63,433 nucleotides of DNA, taken from positions 1 through 63,433 of IMG/VR virus record IMGVR_UViG_3300044609_000580; one strand, 5' to 3'. The position numbers and the translations under genes are program-made. The notes beneath the pieces are model-generated. The model made no database searches, was not told the DNA's origin, and was given only the letters and a program-made list of their open reading frames with translations. Shown here in pieces: positions 17,902 through 28,600 of this stretch (its first letter is position 1; the number at the start of each line of letters is the position of its first letter). The stretch comes from a virus. Its lineage: Duplodnaviria; Caudoviricetes.

Positions 17902-19569
17902 TTATGCTGTGCGAACCCAAAGTTTTATCGTCGATACAGTTTCTTTTGTTTCAATCACTGTTGCGCCAGAGAAGTTATTGGAGTATGTTCCACTGAAGTT
18001 TCCAATGTAGTTACCTGTATAGTTTCTAGAACCAGCATAGAACCCAGTGTAGTTTCCTGTGAAGAAACCTGTGTAATTTCCAGTGTATGTTGCAGTTCCT
18101 GCAAAGAATCCAGTGTAAAACCCTGTAAAGTATCCAGTATAGTTACCAGTGTATGTTGCAGTTCCAGCATAATTACCAGAGAAGAACCCTGTGTAGGTCC
18201 CAGAATATGTTCCGGAGTAGGTTGCTGGTCCAACATAGTTACCAGTAAAGTATCCTAAGTATGTACCGAGATATGTTCCAGCATAGTTGCCCGCATAGTT
18301 TCTAGAACCTGAATAGTTTCCAAGGTAATTTCCGCTGAACGATCCTAGGTAGTTGCCAACGAAATTACCACCGACGAAACCACCGAAGAATAGAGTATAT
18401 GTTCCAGAGAAGTTTCTCGAATATGTCCCTAGATAGTTGCCCGCATAGGTTCCTGCATAGTTTCTAGAACCAGCATATGTTCCTGTGTAGTTACCACTAA
18501 AGTTTTGCGTGTAATTTCCAGAATAACCAGCAGTACCGACATAGTTGCCGACATAGTTACCAGTGAAACCTCGTGAGTAAGTTCCTGAATAGTTTGCTGG
18601 TCCAACATATCCACCGCTAAAGTTATTTGCGAATGAACCAGAATATGCTCCTGAATAGTTTGCTGGTCCAACATATCCACCGCTAAAGTTATTTGCGAAT
18701 GCACCAGAATATGTTCCAGCATAGTTCGCAGAATAATTTCTAGATCCGGAGAATGTTCCAGCATAGTTACCGCTGAAGTTACCCAGATAGTTCTGTGGCG
18801 TTACTTGTTCGCGTGTATCTGCAAATTGATCACCAAGTTCGACCCACGTTCCACCAGAAACAGGAGCAGATGATTGCACCTTATACAATCCTACGCCACT
18901 ATCAACAATTCTGTTTCTGAAATTCGGAAGCATCTGTAGAATTTCCGAAGATGACATTTCTTTGACATCTTTGGTGTCAATAAGTTTCAGTGGTTTTAAA
19001 TTGGAGTCTGAAAGAGTAGTCGCAGCAGTTTTCTGCCACAGATATGTTACTGTGTTTCCACCATTGGCAACATCTGTTAGAGTATAACGCGAAACCCATG
19101 TGCCGCCTGTTGGTGCAGTTGGTTGTAGTCTATACTGTCCTGCAGTATAAGTTGTTTCGGAGACCATCGCATTAATAGCATAATCCAGAATCTCAGTATC
19201 AATCTGAGCATCTGTCAGTTCTTTGATACCGTCGTCATATTTTAGAGGACGATTAGTAATATTTTCCGTAGCAACTGCAGTAACCTGTTTAGCAGTATAT
19301 GTAACAGTGTCAACAGCACCAGTTGCAGGATGAGTACCAGTTGCTTCTTGGCGATCCGTATCTGAGAATGTTCCGATTGTAGTACCAGAACCACTGTTGT
19401 TTGTGGTAATGTTTATTTCTGCCGTGCCTGTACCATCTGAGTTTGCACCAAAGGAAACTGTCAGAGTTTGTGCGATATAGTTCTTCACCTCTTCAACAGA
19501 CATCTGCTGGAGACCCTGCCAGTTTGCAGCAGAAACGGGTGTTGCTGAAGATTTATTTCTCAATACCAT
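17902..19569 (-). CDS. Putative virion protein with a long N/T-Y/F-x-G tetrapeptide-repeat insert
   Basis: 555 aa; N-domain and C-terminal strand paralogous to 19572..21959; lies in the structural operon. Confidence 0.75.
   Translation of the reverse strand: MVLRNKSSATPVSAANWQGLQQMSVEEVKNYIAQTLTVSFGANSDGTGTAEINITTNNSGSGTTIGTFSDTDRQEATGTHPATGAVDTVTYTAKQVTAVATENITNRPLKYDDGIKELTDAQIDTEILDYAINAMVSETTYTAGQYRLQPTAPTGGTWVSRYTLTDVANGGNTVTYLWQKTAATTLSDSNLKPLKLIDTKDVKEMSSSEILQMLPNFRNRIVDSGVGLYKVQSSAPVSGGTWVELGDQFADTREQVTPQNYLGNFSGNYAGTFSGSRNYSANYAGTYSGAFANNFSGGYVGPANYSGAYSGSFANNFSGGYVGPANYSGTYSRGFTGNYVGNYVGTAGYSGNYTQNFSGNYTGTYAGSRNYAGTYAGNYLGTYSRNFSGTYTLFFGGFVGGNFVGNYLGSFSGNYLGNYSGSRNYAGNYAGTYLGTYLGYFTGNYVGPATYSGTYSGTYTGFFSGNYAGTATYTGNYTGYFTGFYTGFFAGTATYTGNYTGFFTGNYTGFYAGSRNYTGNYIGNFSGTYSNNFSGATVIETKETVSTIKLWVRTA
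18583..18714. repeat. Near-perfect 66-bp tandem duplication (22 aa)
   Basis: tcctgaatagtttgctggtccaacatatccaccgctaaagttatttgcgaatg at 18583 and 18649. Confidence 0.9.
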
Positions 19570-19571
19570 TT

Positions 19572-21959
19572 TTATGCAGTCCTAATCCACAATTTAATTG
19601 TCGAAACTGTATCTTTGGTCGCTTGAATTGTTGCGCCAGAGTAATTTCCTGTAAAACTATTTATATAACTGCCTGAATAAGTTCCAGAGTAGTTTGTTAG
19701 ACCAGAGTAAAACCCAGTATATGCTGTTCCTACACCAGAGAAAAATCCTGTATAAAATCCAGTATAGTTTGGTCCAGGAGTCGGTGATCCTGGAATCGTT
19801 CCAGCGTAATTCCCAGTATAGTTTGTAGGAGTCGGCGATCCTGGAATCGTTCCAGTGAAGTAACGTGTAAACGCTGATGAATATTGCGCAGAATATGCGG
19901 TTGGTCCTGCAAGATAATAACCAGTATAGTTTACGCCTCCAGTAAAGAATCCTGTATAATTACTGCCTGGAATTGATGGGCCTGCATAAAATCCAGTAAA
20001 GTATCCTGTATAATTTGTCGGTACAGGCGCTCCAGTATAATATCCAGTAAAGTTTGTTGGAGTCGGAGATCCAGTAATCACACCAGAATAGTAACCAGTA
20101 TAGTTTGGACCAGGAGTTGGAGCTCCCTGATAATACCCAGTAAAGTTTGTCGGACTTGGTGGAGAAATGATTACTCCTGCATAAAACCCAGTATAGTTTG
20201 GTCCTGGACCATTATATGAACCAGCGAATGGGATTGGACCAGATGTGTAGTAACCAATATAGTTTGGACCTGCTGGTGCTGGACCAAGATAATAACCAGT
20301 AAAGGCTGTTGGTGTCGGGGTGGTGATATTAGCAAAAAAACCAGTGTAGAATTGTGGTACTGGTGTTGGACTTAGATACTCACCAGTAAACGAATCTCCT
20401 GGTTCTCCAGGTGCTAAGTCTGGACCTTGATAGTATCCAGTATAATACACCTGCGCTGGAGTTCCTTGGAAATATCCAATGTAGTTTACTGGTCCACCTG
20501 GAAGAATTCCCTGATAGTATCCTGTGAAGTATTGGAATGTTCCTGGTTCAACGCCACTAGCATATTCACCAGTAAACGTTCTCGTCCCAGTATAAAAACC
20601 AACGTAGGGAACTCCTGCACCCTGATAATATCCAGTAAAGGTTGTTGGTGTTGGAGATCCAGGAATGACGCCAGAATAGAAACCAGTATAGTTTGGTCCA
20701 GGAGTTGGAGCTCCCTGATAATATCCAGTAAAGGTTGTTGGTGTTGGAGATCCAGGAATTACGCCAGCATAGAAACCAGTGTAGTTTGGTCCTGGTGCAA
20801 CTCCAGCAAAAAACCCAGTATAGGTACCAGTATAGTTTGGTCCAGGAGATGGTGGTGTACCATACGTTGGTCCAGAATATGGTGCTGTACCCGAATAATA
20901 TCCTGTATAAGAACCACCTGGACCTGTGTAATAACCAGTGTAATATAGTATGTTTACGCTGGTATATGTTGGTCCAGGAGTTGGTGATCCAGGAATGACC
21001 CCAGTATAGAAACCAGTATAGTTTGGTCCAGGAGTTGGTGATCCAGGAATTATGCCAGCATAATTTCCAGTAAAGTTACTACTAAAGTTTCCTGCTGCAG
21101 AGTAAGGCGCAGAATATGGGATTGGACCAAGATAATTACCAGTATAATTACCAGTAAAATTACCGCTGTAATTGCCGACATAGGTTTCCGGAGAAACTTG
21201 TTCGCGAGTGTCTGCGAATTGTGCGCCCATTTCAACCCAAGTGCCACCTGAAGGGGCTGTCGATTGGATCTTATATGTAGCAATACTTGTGTCAATAATT
21301 CTATTGCGGAAGTTAGGAAGCATTTGCTCGATTTCAGATTCAATCATCTGCTTACAATTGCTACCATTGAACAATTTTAAAGGAGTATAATCTGAATTCG
21401 GCAGCGAAGACGCTACGGTTTTCTGCCACAAATATGTTACTGTGTTTCCACCCTGTGCAGTATCAGTAATTGTATATCTAGAAACCCAAGTACCACCAGA
21501 TGGTGCAGTTGGGGATAAGCGATACTGACCTGCAGTATATGAAGATTCAGCAGCCATTGCTTCAACACAGAGATCCATGATACTATCAATATCACCGTCC
21601 GTCATTTCTTCTAGACGAGAATCCCATGCTAATGGTCTGTTGGTGATGTTTTCAGTCGCAGCAGCAGTAACCTGCTTAACCGTATATGTTGTTGTAGAAA
21701 TTGCACCAGTTGCTGGATGCGTTCCAATAGATTCAGTTCTTGTCGTATCAACGAACGTACCGATCGAAGTCCCAGAACCTGAGTTATTTGTCGTGACGTT
21801 TATTTCAGCAGTACCAGTACCATCTGTTACTGCAGCAAACTTTTCTGTGATAACATTGGCAATATAATTTTTTACCTCTGCGTCGGTCATGGTCTGCAAA
21901 CCGCTGATGTTTGCAGAAGTGATTGGGGACCCTGTTGCCTTGACCTTTAGAGGATTCAT
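19572..21959 (-). CDS. Putative virion protein with a Pro-rich PTPGPNYTGFY / YTGYY repeat insert
   Basis: 795 aa; paralog of 17902..19569; ends KDTVSTIKLWIRTA. Confidence 0.75.
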   Translation of the reverse strand: MNPLKVKATGSPITSANISGLQTMTDAEVKNYIANVITEKFAAVTDGTGTAEINVTTNNSGSGTSIGTFVDTTRTESIGTHPATGAISTTTYTVKQVTAAATENITNRPLAWDSRLEEMTDGDIDSIMDLCVEAMAAESSYTAGQYRLSPTAPSGGTWVSRYTITDTAQGGNTVTYLWQKTVASSLPNSDYTPLKLFNGSNCKQMIESEIEQMLPNFRNRIIDTSIATYKIQSTAPSGGTWVEMGAQFADTREQVSPETYVGNYSGNFTGNYTGNYLGPIPYSAPYSAAGNFSSNFTGNYAGIIPGSPTPGPNYTGFYTGVIPGSPTPGPTYTSVNILYYTGYYTGPGGSYTGYYSGTAPYSGPTYGTPPSPGPNYTGTYTGFFAGVAPGPNYTGFYAGVIPGSPTPTTFTGYYQGAPTPGPNYTGFYSGVIPGSPTPTTFTGYYQGAGVPYVGFYTGTRTFTGEYASGVEPGTFQYFTGYYQGILPGGPVNYIGYFQGTPAQVYYTGYYQGPDLAPGEPGDSFTGEYLSPTPVPQFYTGFFANITTPTPTAFTGYYLGPAPAGPNYIGYYTSGPIPFAGSYNGPGPNYTGFYAGVIISPPSPTNFTGYYQGAPTPGPNYTGYYSGVITGSPTPTNFTGYYTGAPVPTNYTGYFTGFYAGPSIPGSNYTGFFTGGVNYTGYYLAGPTAYSAQYSSAFTRYFTGTIPGSPTPTNYTGNYAGTIPGSPTPGPNYTGFYTGFFSGVGTAYTGFYSGLTNYSGTYSGSYINSFTGNYSGATIQATKDTVSTIKLWIRTA
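20620..21050. repeat. Internal DNA duplications with 93-bp and 54-bp periods
   Basis: ccctgataatatccagtaaaggttgttggtgttggagatccaggaat at 20620 and 20713; ttggtccaggagttggtgatccaggaat twice near 20969 and 21023. Confidence 0.8.
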
Positions 21960-21960
21960 T

Positions 21961-22443
21961 TTAGTTTAACCTGTTACCACTCGAGTCATAAACAATTAAA
22001 CTTGTTACGCGATACCAATCTACAGCATCTTGTGCAACAAATTCAACAGACGAATATGGTGATAAATTAACACCAACATTGACAGTTCCACCGTCAATAA
22101 CATCTGAAGTATTTGGATACACCTTAATGGTAACTGCTGTAGTATTAATAACCTTGACGGTCAAACCTGCAGCAGCAGTAGGAAGTTTTACACCCTGATT
22201 TGCTGTTGCTGATGTGATCATGTTGACAGTTTTTGTCAGCGCAGTCGCATCGCCTTGGGTAGTTCCCGCTGCTGTGACTGTTCCTGCAACCGATTTGGTT
22301 AGACTTCCAGTAAGTGTCAAATCTGCAAAGGATGGACTTGACCCTGATTCATACTTATCTGAATTCAAATTGCTGAAGTTAGTATCAACTTCAGTATTCG
22401 TCAGCGGAGTCCCCTTTACAGATCTAAGGGTAATTGTGCTCAT
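21961..22443 (-). CDS. Putative virion fibre-associated protein
   Basis: LRSVKGTPLTNTEVDTNFSNLN N-terminus typical of phage fibres; C-terminus VYDSSGNRLN resembles that of 7280..8524. Confidence 0.7.
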   Translation of the reverse strand: MSTITLRSVKGTPLTNTEVDTNFSNLNSDKYESGSSPSFADLTLTGSLTKSVAGTVTAAGTTQGDATALTKTVNMITSATANQGVKLPTAAAGLTVKVINTTAVTIKVYPNTSDVIDGGTVNVGVNLSPYSSVEFVAQDAVDWYRVTSLIVYDSSGNRLN

Positions 22444-22454
22444 GCTTTTTATCC

Positions 22455-22664
22455 TTATTTCTGTAGTATTTGTGTTAGTAAGTTTTTAATCTCAATCATT
22501 TCATTCTTAAGATTATTTATATCGTCTCCATATGATTCGATTTGTTTCATATGTTGTTTGCGAGACTTGTATGCCCGTAGAGCAGGCAGGTCATTCGAAA
22601 GTATTGCCTTCGAATGACCATCACGTTCATACTTTGTAGTATCAGTTAATTTAATTCTTGTCAT
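22455..22664 (-). CDS. Small coiled-coil hypothetical protein
   Basis: RDGHSKAILSND...DINNLKNEMIEIKNLL; abuts the giant structural gene. Confidence 0.65.
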   Translation of the reverse strand: MTRIKLTDTTKYERDGHSKAILSNDLPALRAYKSRKQHMKQIESYGDDINNLKNEMIEIKNLLTQILQK

Positions 22665-22665
22665 A

Positions 22666-25600
22666 TTACACCTGCAACGCGATTGCTCTTAGTTCTCTGA
22701 CTTTAGGAACTACAGAACTGTTTGTTGACAGAGGAACAACCTTAACTGCGAATGTCTTATAACCAGTAAAGGTCGCAGATCCAACAGTATACTCTAAGAC
22801 CCCTGCGTTTTTATTTGCATCTGGAATTGTATACGCATACTCTACAAACCCAGAACGAGCAGTGCTGTCTAATGGCACTGTGTTTGTTTCGAGTTCGATC
22901 CACTCACGATTATCAAAGTTTGATGCATCGGTTGCATTCTGGAATTTACCATATACCTTTACATCACATCCTGTAGGAATCAGATTACTTAGATAGACCT
23001 TTAGATCTTCAGCATCTTGACCGTCATCCAAGACAACACGACGAGAGATATACTTCGACGCCGCAGCACCATTGTTTGTATCTTCATCAGTATCATCGTT
23101 GTTAATATCGTTGGCGATTGCGATGATAGAACATTTTCTGGTATCAATTACAGGAGAAACAGTTGATGTTTGTGTTGACATACCTGCTCTGATTGTAAGC
23201 GATTTACCACCAGAAAGATCTGCTTGCTCGTTAGAATATGAATATATTTGTGCTTCATATGACAATTCATGCTCCTGCCCGAAGTTATACCCTTCGAACG
23301 TTGATCCTGCACTAGTCGCACCTGTCGCAGTTGGTGCGACAGACCAAGTTATCGACGCAGGCGTATGATCAACAGTACCGATATTTGTTTCTAGGACATT
23401 CAATTGCTTGTTTTCGATTTCAGAAATAAATCCATTCGAAGATTCGTTGCTGATAATATCACCCGCAGCAAAAGATCCCTTGGTAATTAATACCTTAGCA
23501 ACATGATACAGCGAGTCATATTGTTTAACAAATCCTCTGTTCAACACAACTGACACAGCGGCCGCAGTCCCAGAACCACTGACAATCGTCAACGTTGGAT
23601 TGCTGGTATATCCGCCACCAAGATTTGTCAACTCAATATCAGTAACAACACCACCAGAAATAGTAACATTGACTGTAGCACCAGTTCCGCCACCGCCTGT
23701 TAAACTGTGCGCAACAGTTCCATTGGTATAACCAGAACCAGCATTGGTAATATTGAATGAGAATCCATGCACTTCATCACCAGCAAGGTAATATCCATTG
23801 GAGAATGAAGAAAACTTCAGATAATCCATATTCATGTTCTTCATTACTACTGTGCCAACAGTATTAATTTCGAAATCTGCGCGACGTAAAGTAAACTTAA
23901 TATCTTCTTTTTGATATGCAGTCCACGATCTGTTATTGGCAGATGTGAAAAGAACACCGATATTTGGTTGCTCAGAAATTCTATTTTGAGTACCCAGTTC
24001 GTTTTCGCCCAACTCAGAAACCCAAATATTATAATTTGGATCGTTACCTGCTGGAAGCAGAACAAAGCAGTATTCTGTATTGTTCTGTAGATGCACTGGC
24101 GATGGGAAGGTGAACGTTGTTGCTGTCGTTGCATTCTCACTAACGAGAACGTCTGCAGGATTTAACGTTACTTCACCAAACGGAATTACTTTATTCCCAG
24201 GATAACCATTAATCACTTCTCTGATTTGAAGAGTGATTGGTGCCGTTGAAGACTTGGTTCTAAAGAATACATCAAGTTGAGTTGTGTAGCAACCAAATGG
24301 CATTCCATCAACATAGAAAGTTTGCGCAATAGGATCCGTAGCAACTATAGGTGTCGTACAAGGATCCATCTGGAAACATCCAGCAGGAATGACAGTTGTT
24401 TGACCGCCAGCACCAAAGGTAACATCAAACCCACCTAAAGTGAGATCTACTTCTGTCTCAGGCCAGCAAATCTCTTGTAGAGCACATGGATCAGGAGTAG
24501 GTGGATCCAGAATAACTACTTCTGTTGGTGGAATAGGCGGCGGTGGTGGCGTCGGCGGTGGCGGCGGTGGAGGTGGCGGTTGAATCGGCGGCAGTACAGG
24601 AGGTTCCGGATCAACTGGAGGAAACACAGGAGGCACTGGATGGACAATCGGAGGAAATGGTTCGTCAATAATAACAGGAGGATCTCGAGTTATAGTTGTA
24701 ATATTAGTATTATTAATATTTGTTACGTTAGTGACCGTATTATCAATGTTTGTGATGTTATTCACAGTAGTAAACGTATTGTTTACCGTTCTTTCTATAA
24801 CACCAACTGTTCTGTCTGCGATTCTATTAACAGTCGAAGAAGTTTCGCGGAAAGATCTTGAATCCGATACACTGTTTAATTCTACATTTGCAACTCTCGT
24901 TGAAATAATAGAATCTTGCACAGACTGAGACAGTCCATTTGCCGACCAAGTCTTGTTTGATGCTGTCGTGATAAACTGATCACGATTGTATTCGTCATCA
25001 CAAAGACGGAAGTTTTTATCGCCTGTTCTAAAGGTTCCTGCTGGAATTCTAAATTGTCCGACACAAACACCTTGTGCATTTGTGATCAGTGGTGCACCAT
25101 ATGCACCATCAGCATATGATGAATATGTTGCTGGATCAAATGGTTTCAGATCAGTTGACGGATCGAAGTCAAGTGGTCTACAATGTGCAGCAACAGCAAC
25201 ACCGTCAAAGAATGGGAACACACGAGTATTCGGTTTCATTCTTTGTGCAATAAATGTCACAATAACAGAACGCATAAAAGGAACAATTGACGTATTCGTT
25301 ACACGAGCACCAATTCTCTGCGATTGTGTTTCTGGTGTAACTGATAGCGAAACTCCTTGACGAGTTTGGCGCTGCTCAGTTGTTGTTGTTACAACTTGGG
25401 TTTGTTCCTGAAGTAAGGTATCACCACTGATGCGAGTATTACCTGCTACAGTTTGCGATGATTGTCCAACAGTTGTTCTTCCCGTAACAGTATCTTGCCA
25501 GTCACCCCATTGAGTTCCCCATGCATCTGCCATGGTTTCCCATGCATCATAATTGCCATCGAAGTTTACGCTAACATCTGGTTGTTGTGTGGTATCCGTC

Positions 25601-28600
25601 CAGTTATCGACTGGTGGATCTAGTTCCATATTTCCGATGTAATTGAATAGTAATTCACCGACGCAATTTCTAGGTTTCGACGCTGAGGTGCTTTTGATCA
25701 TCTCAACATGTCTGTATGGCAGAGTTATTAAATCACCAGTTTTAAATATATTAGTTGATGCAGCAGAATCTACTCCGATATCGATATTTTCGAGGTAGAA
25801 AAATGGACGCATTTCTTTTTTCGCAGGATCGATTGAGATGTGATATGCAGAATCAAAAACGTTACCAACGTTATGACCTGTAAATGCATCCACTAGAATA
25901 CCATTCTTAAAGCGATCCAACCCAGAACCATCTGGAATTGATAGATCGCTTGCTGATTTTTCTAGAAGTGAAAGCGAAGTGTAATATTCTAGACGGTTTA
26001 TGCGCTGTTCCAGAACACCAATATCGCGCATAGTATAGCGTCGATTGTCAACAGTACGGAATTTAACACCGTAATCTGGACGATTCGCAGTTTTTGCAAC
26101 ATTTGGCGCAAGAGATGGATATGGTGGAATTTCAATTGTTGCCAACGACATCGCATTTTCAGGTTCTGCAGGAATCGTCGGAGTCAGAGATGGTGTTCCA
26201 TAAATAGAACTAAATACGCCCTCTGAGTCAATGATCAATCGATCAGTTCTACCAAGATAATATTCTAGATCAGTAATAAACTGCTCAGTTGGAACTGGGT
26301 TTGTAATACCAATTGATGGTACAGCAATAATATCGTTATTTTCTACTGGGTTAGTTGTGGCAGATCCAACAACAGTAGCATTTGCCGATGCATCAGCCAA
26401 ACGAACACGGAAATCTAACGTATCTCGCAGATCATATGATTGTCCAGTTGCTGGTGAAAGATAGACTGGAATGTCTTGTGTCTTGAGAGTTCCTGCAGAT
26501 ACACCAGTATCGTCGATCGGATACGAATCAACTGTGAAGAAAGTTCCATCAGCAGAAGCACCGTCGTGGGTGAAGTAGTCTAACTTGATAACAAGTTTCT
26601 TATTAACAAGCGACGGAGCAGAAGGTTTCTTAACGATTCTAGCATTGCGATATTCAGTGTCGCGTTGACCGTTATCTAGAGTAAACGAAGACGCAACATC
26701 TACGCCAGCAGCAACAACTGCAGAATCAGCATCGGTATTAGCACCAATAAAGATATTCTTAATTCTATAAACATCTGAGAGACCAAGCGAATACGTGCCA
26801 CCACTTGTTGACGGGTGAGTATTAGTATTGACGATTACATAACGATTTTCACGAAGAACTTTAAGAACAGGATTGGCGTTTGCTGTTTGAACATTTACAT
26901 ACACTTTAACCTGTTTTGGCGCAGAAGTAACATTTCCTGTCAGATCTATAGTTATAGAGGTCGCTGAGTTTTTAGTAAATGCTGCGCCTGAAAGATTGAT
27001 TACTTCACCAATAGCACGAACAGTACCGTTAATCGTTGCCGCTTCCTTCATCACCATCGTGAAGTTATTATTGATTATTGTAGAAGTAAACGAATCATAT
27101 GGGAAAGTCTCATCACCACTTAGTGTGAGAGTAACCTGCCCTGTTGCACTGAGTTCCCCATCGAATTCTTTAGTATAGATAAACGAGTTATCATACACAT
27201 CATTCGGAGCAATAGTTTTCGTTGCTCTTGCTGGAACTCTAAAGAGAGAGTTGTTGAAACTGCTCTCTTGGAGAATCGCATTACCGTCAGTCAGAACTAC
27301 ATCTGCGTGAAAATCAGCAGTATCATTATAGTATATCCCGCGAACATCTTTAAAATCTGCGCTTGCCATTTGAATATCATACAGATATATTCTATACTGT
27401 GCAGCAGCAGTTCCAGGAGTTCCTGACTCATACACAATTTGTTTTACTCGAGCAGTACCAACTTCAGTTCCAGGAACAGTAGCAGCAGAATATGTGCCTA
27501 AAGTAATTGCACCCTTCGCAGTGTCGCGAAGACTTACGGCAGCGCCACCATTAAGATCCAACAAACCACAGAATTCGTCAACTAGAACATAGTTACCATA
27601 TGCTGTGCTGATTGGAACTTCTTGTTGATTTACTGTGGTTAGACCCTTGGGTACAATAACATATTCTGTTTGGAAAGTCTCGTGTTCGAACCCACGAACA
27701 TATGCCTTACCTGCTTCCAGACCGATCGCAAGAAGATCTGCGCTTCCACCACGTTCTGGGTCAACAGTGTTCAGTTCTCTTAAACCATTATTACCATCTA
27801 CGTTTAGATGTTCTTTGATCAGAACAGGGAATTGTCTTACAGCATAGTTACCAGACTCATCATATGTGCGTCTCGCCATATTTTTACCGAGTTCGCCGTA
27901 AATATTTGTAGTATAAACTCTTTGAACGCTACCTGAGACAATATCAACTAGTTGATTGAACGTAGATGGTATGGTGTCAGTTGGTTCATACGCAACGAGT
28001 GTAGTTGAGACTTGGTATCTATCTGCTCCAGGAGCAGCATAGTTGAAGGATCCTTGTGCTGGATCGAGAAGAGTTTGATCATCTTCTGGAGAAATTGTGC
28101 TTTCTACAATTTCAAACCCAACTTTTAATGTCGGATATTTTGAGTATTTAGAAAGTATGATTGTTTGTGTTGTATGGTTTACGAATTTACCATCAAGATA
28201 GACAATACCATCTTCAACGGTTAAGGCAGAAGAAAGACCCCAGTAACTGTTGATTGGTTCTGCTTCATCATATGTGCTATCAACAACAAATGTATCGCCG
28301 TTTCTGCCTGTATTCGTAGAAGTTACAGTAAGAGTTTCACCTCCAGAAAAGTGGACTGCGGTAGATTCACCATCACCACCAGTATAGCGAAGATACAATG
28401 TTTTTAGATTTGGAGATTCTGCTTCAGTACCAGTCGCAGTGTCTATGATTACCGCAGTAATTCCTGTTGTTGCACCAGTTACAGTGTCTCCAACATAATT
28501 TACTAATAGATTATTTTCTACACCTGCATCTGCGATTTTAACAAATGCTCTCTCAGAATCTAGTTTAAATTCACAACCTTTGACAACCGAACCATTCTTG

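Noticed and set aside
17902-19569. Y-x-G repeats as radical SAM splicease substrates
   Set aside because: Spliceases act at Y-G dipeptides; here Tyr and Gly are mostly one residue apart, and the radical SAM genes are about 40 kb away and of a different architecture
17902-21959. Repeats considered as a CRISPR array or a DGR template/variable pair
   Set aside because: Repeats are in-frame coding units without unique spacers; no adenine-specific mismatch pattern seen and no reverse transcriptase or cas gene in the window
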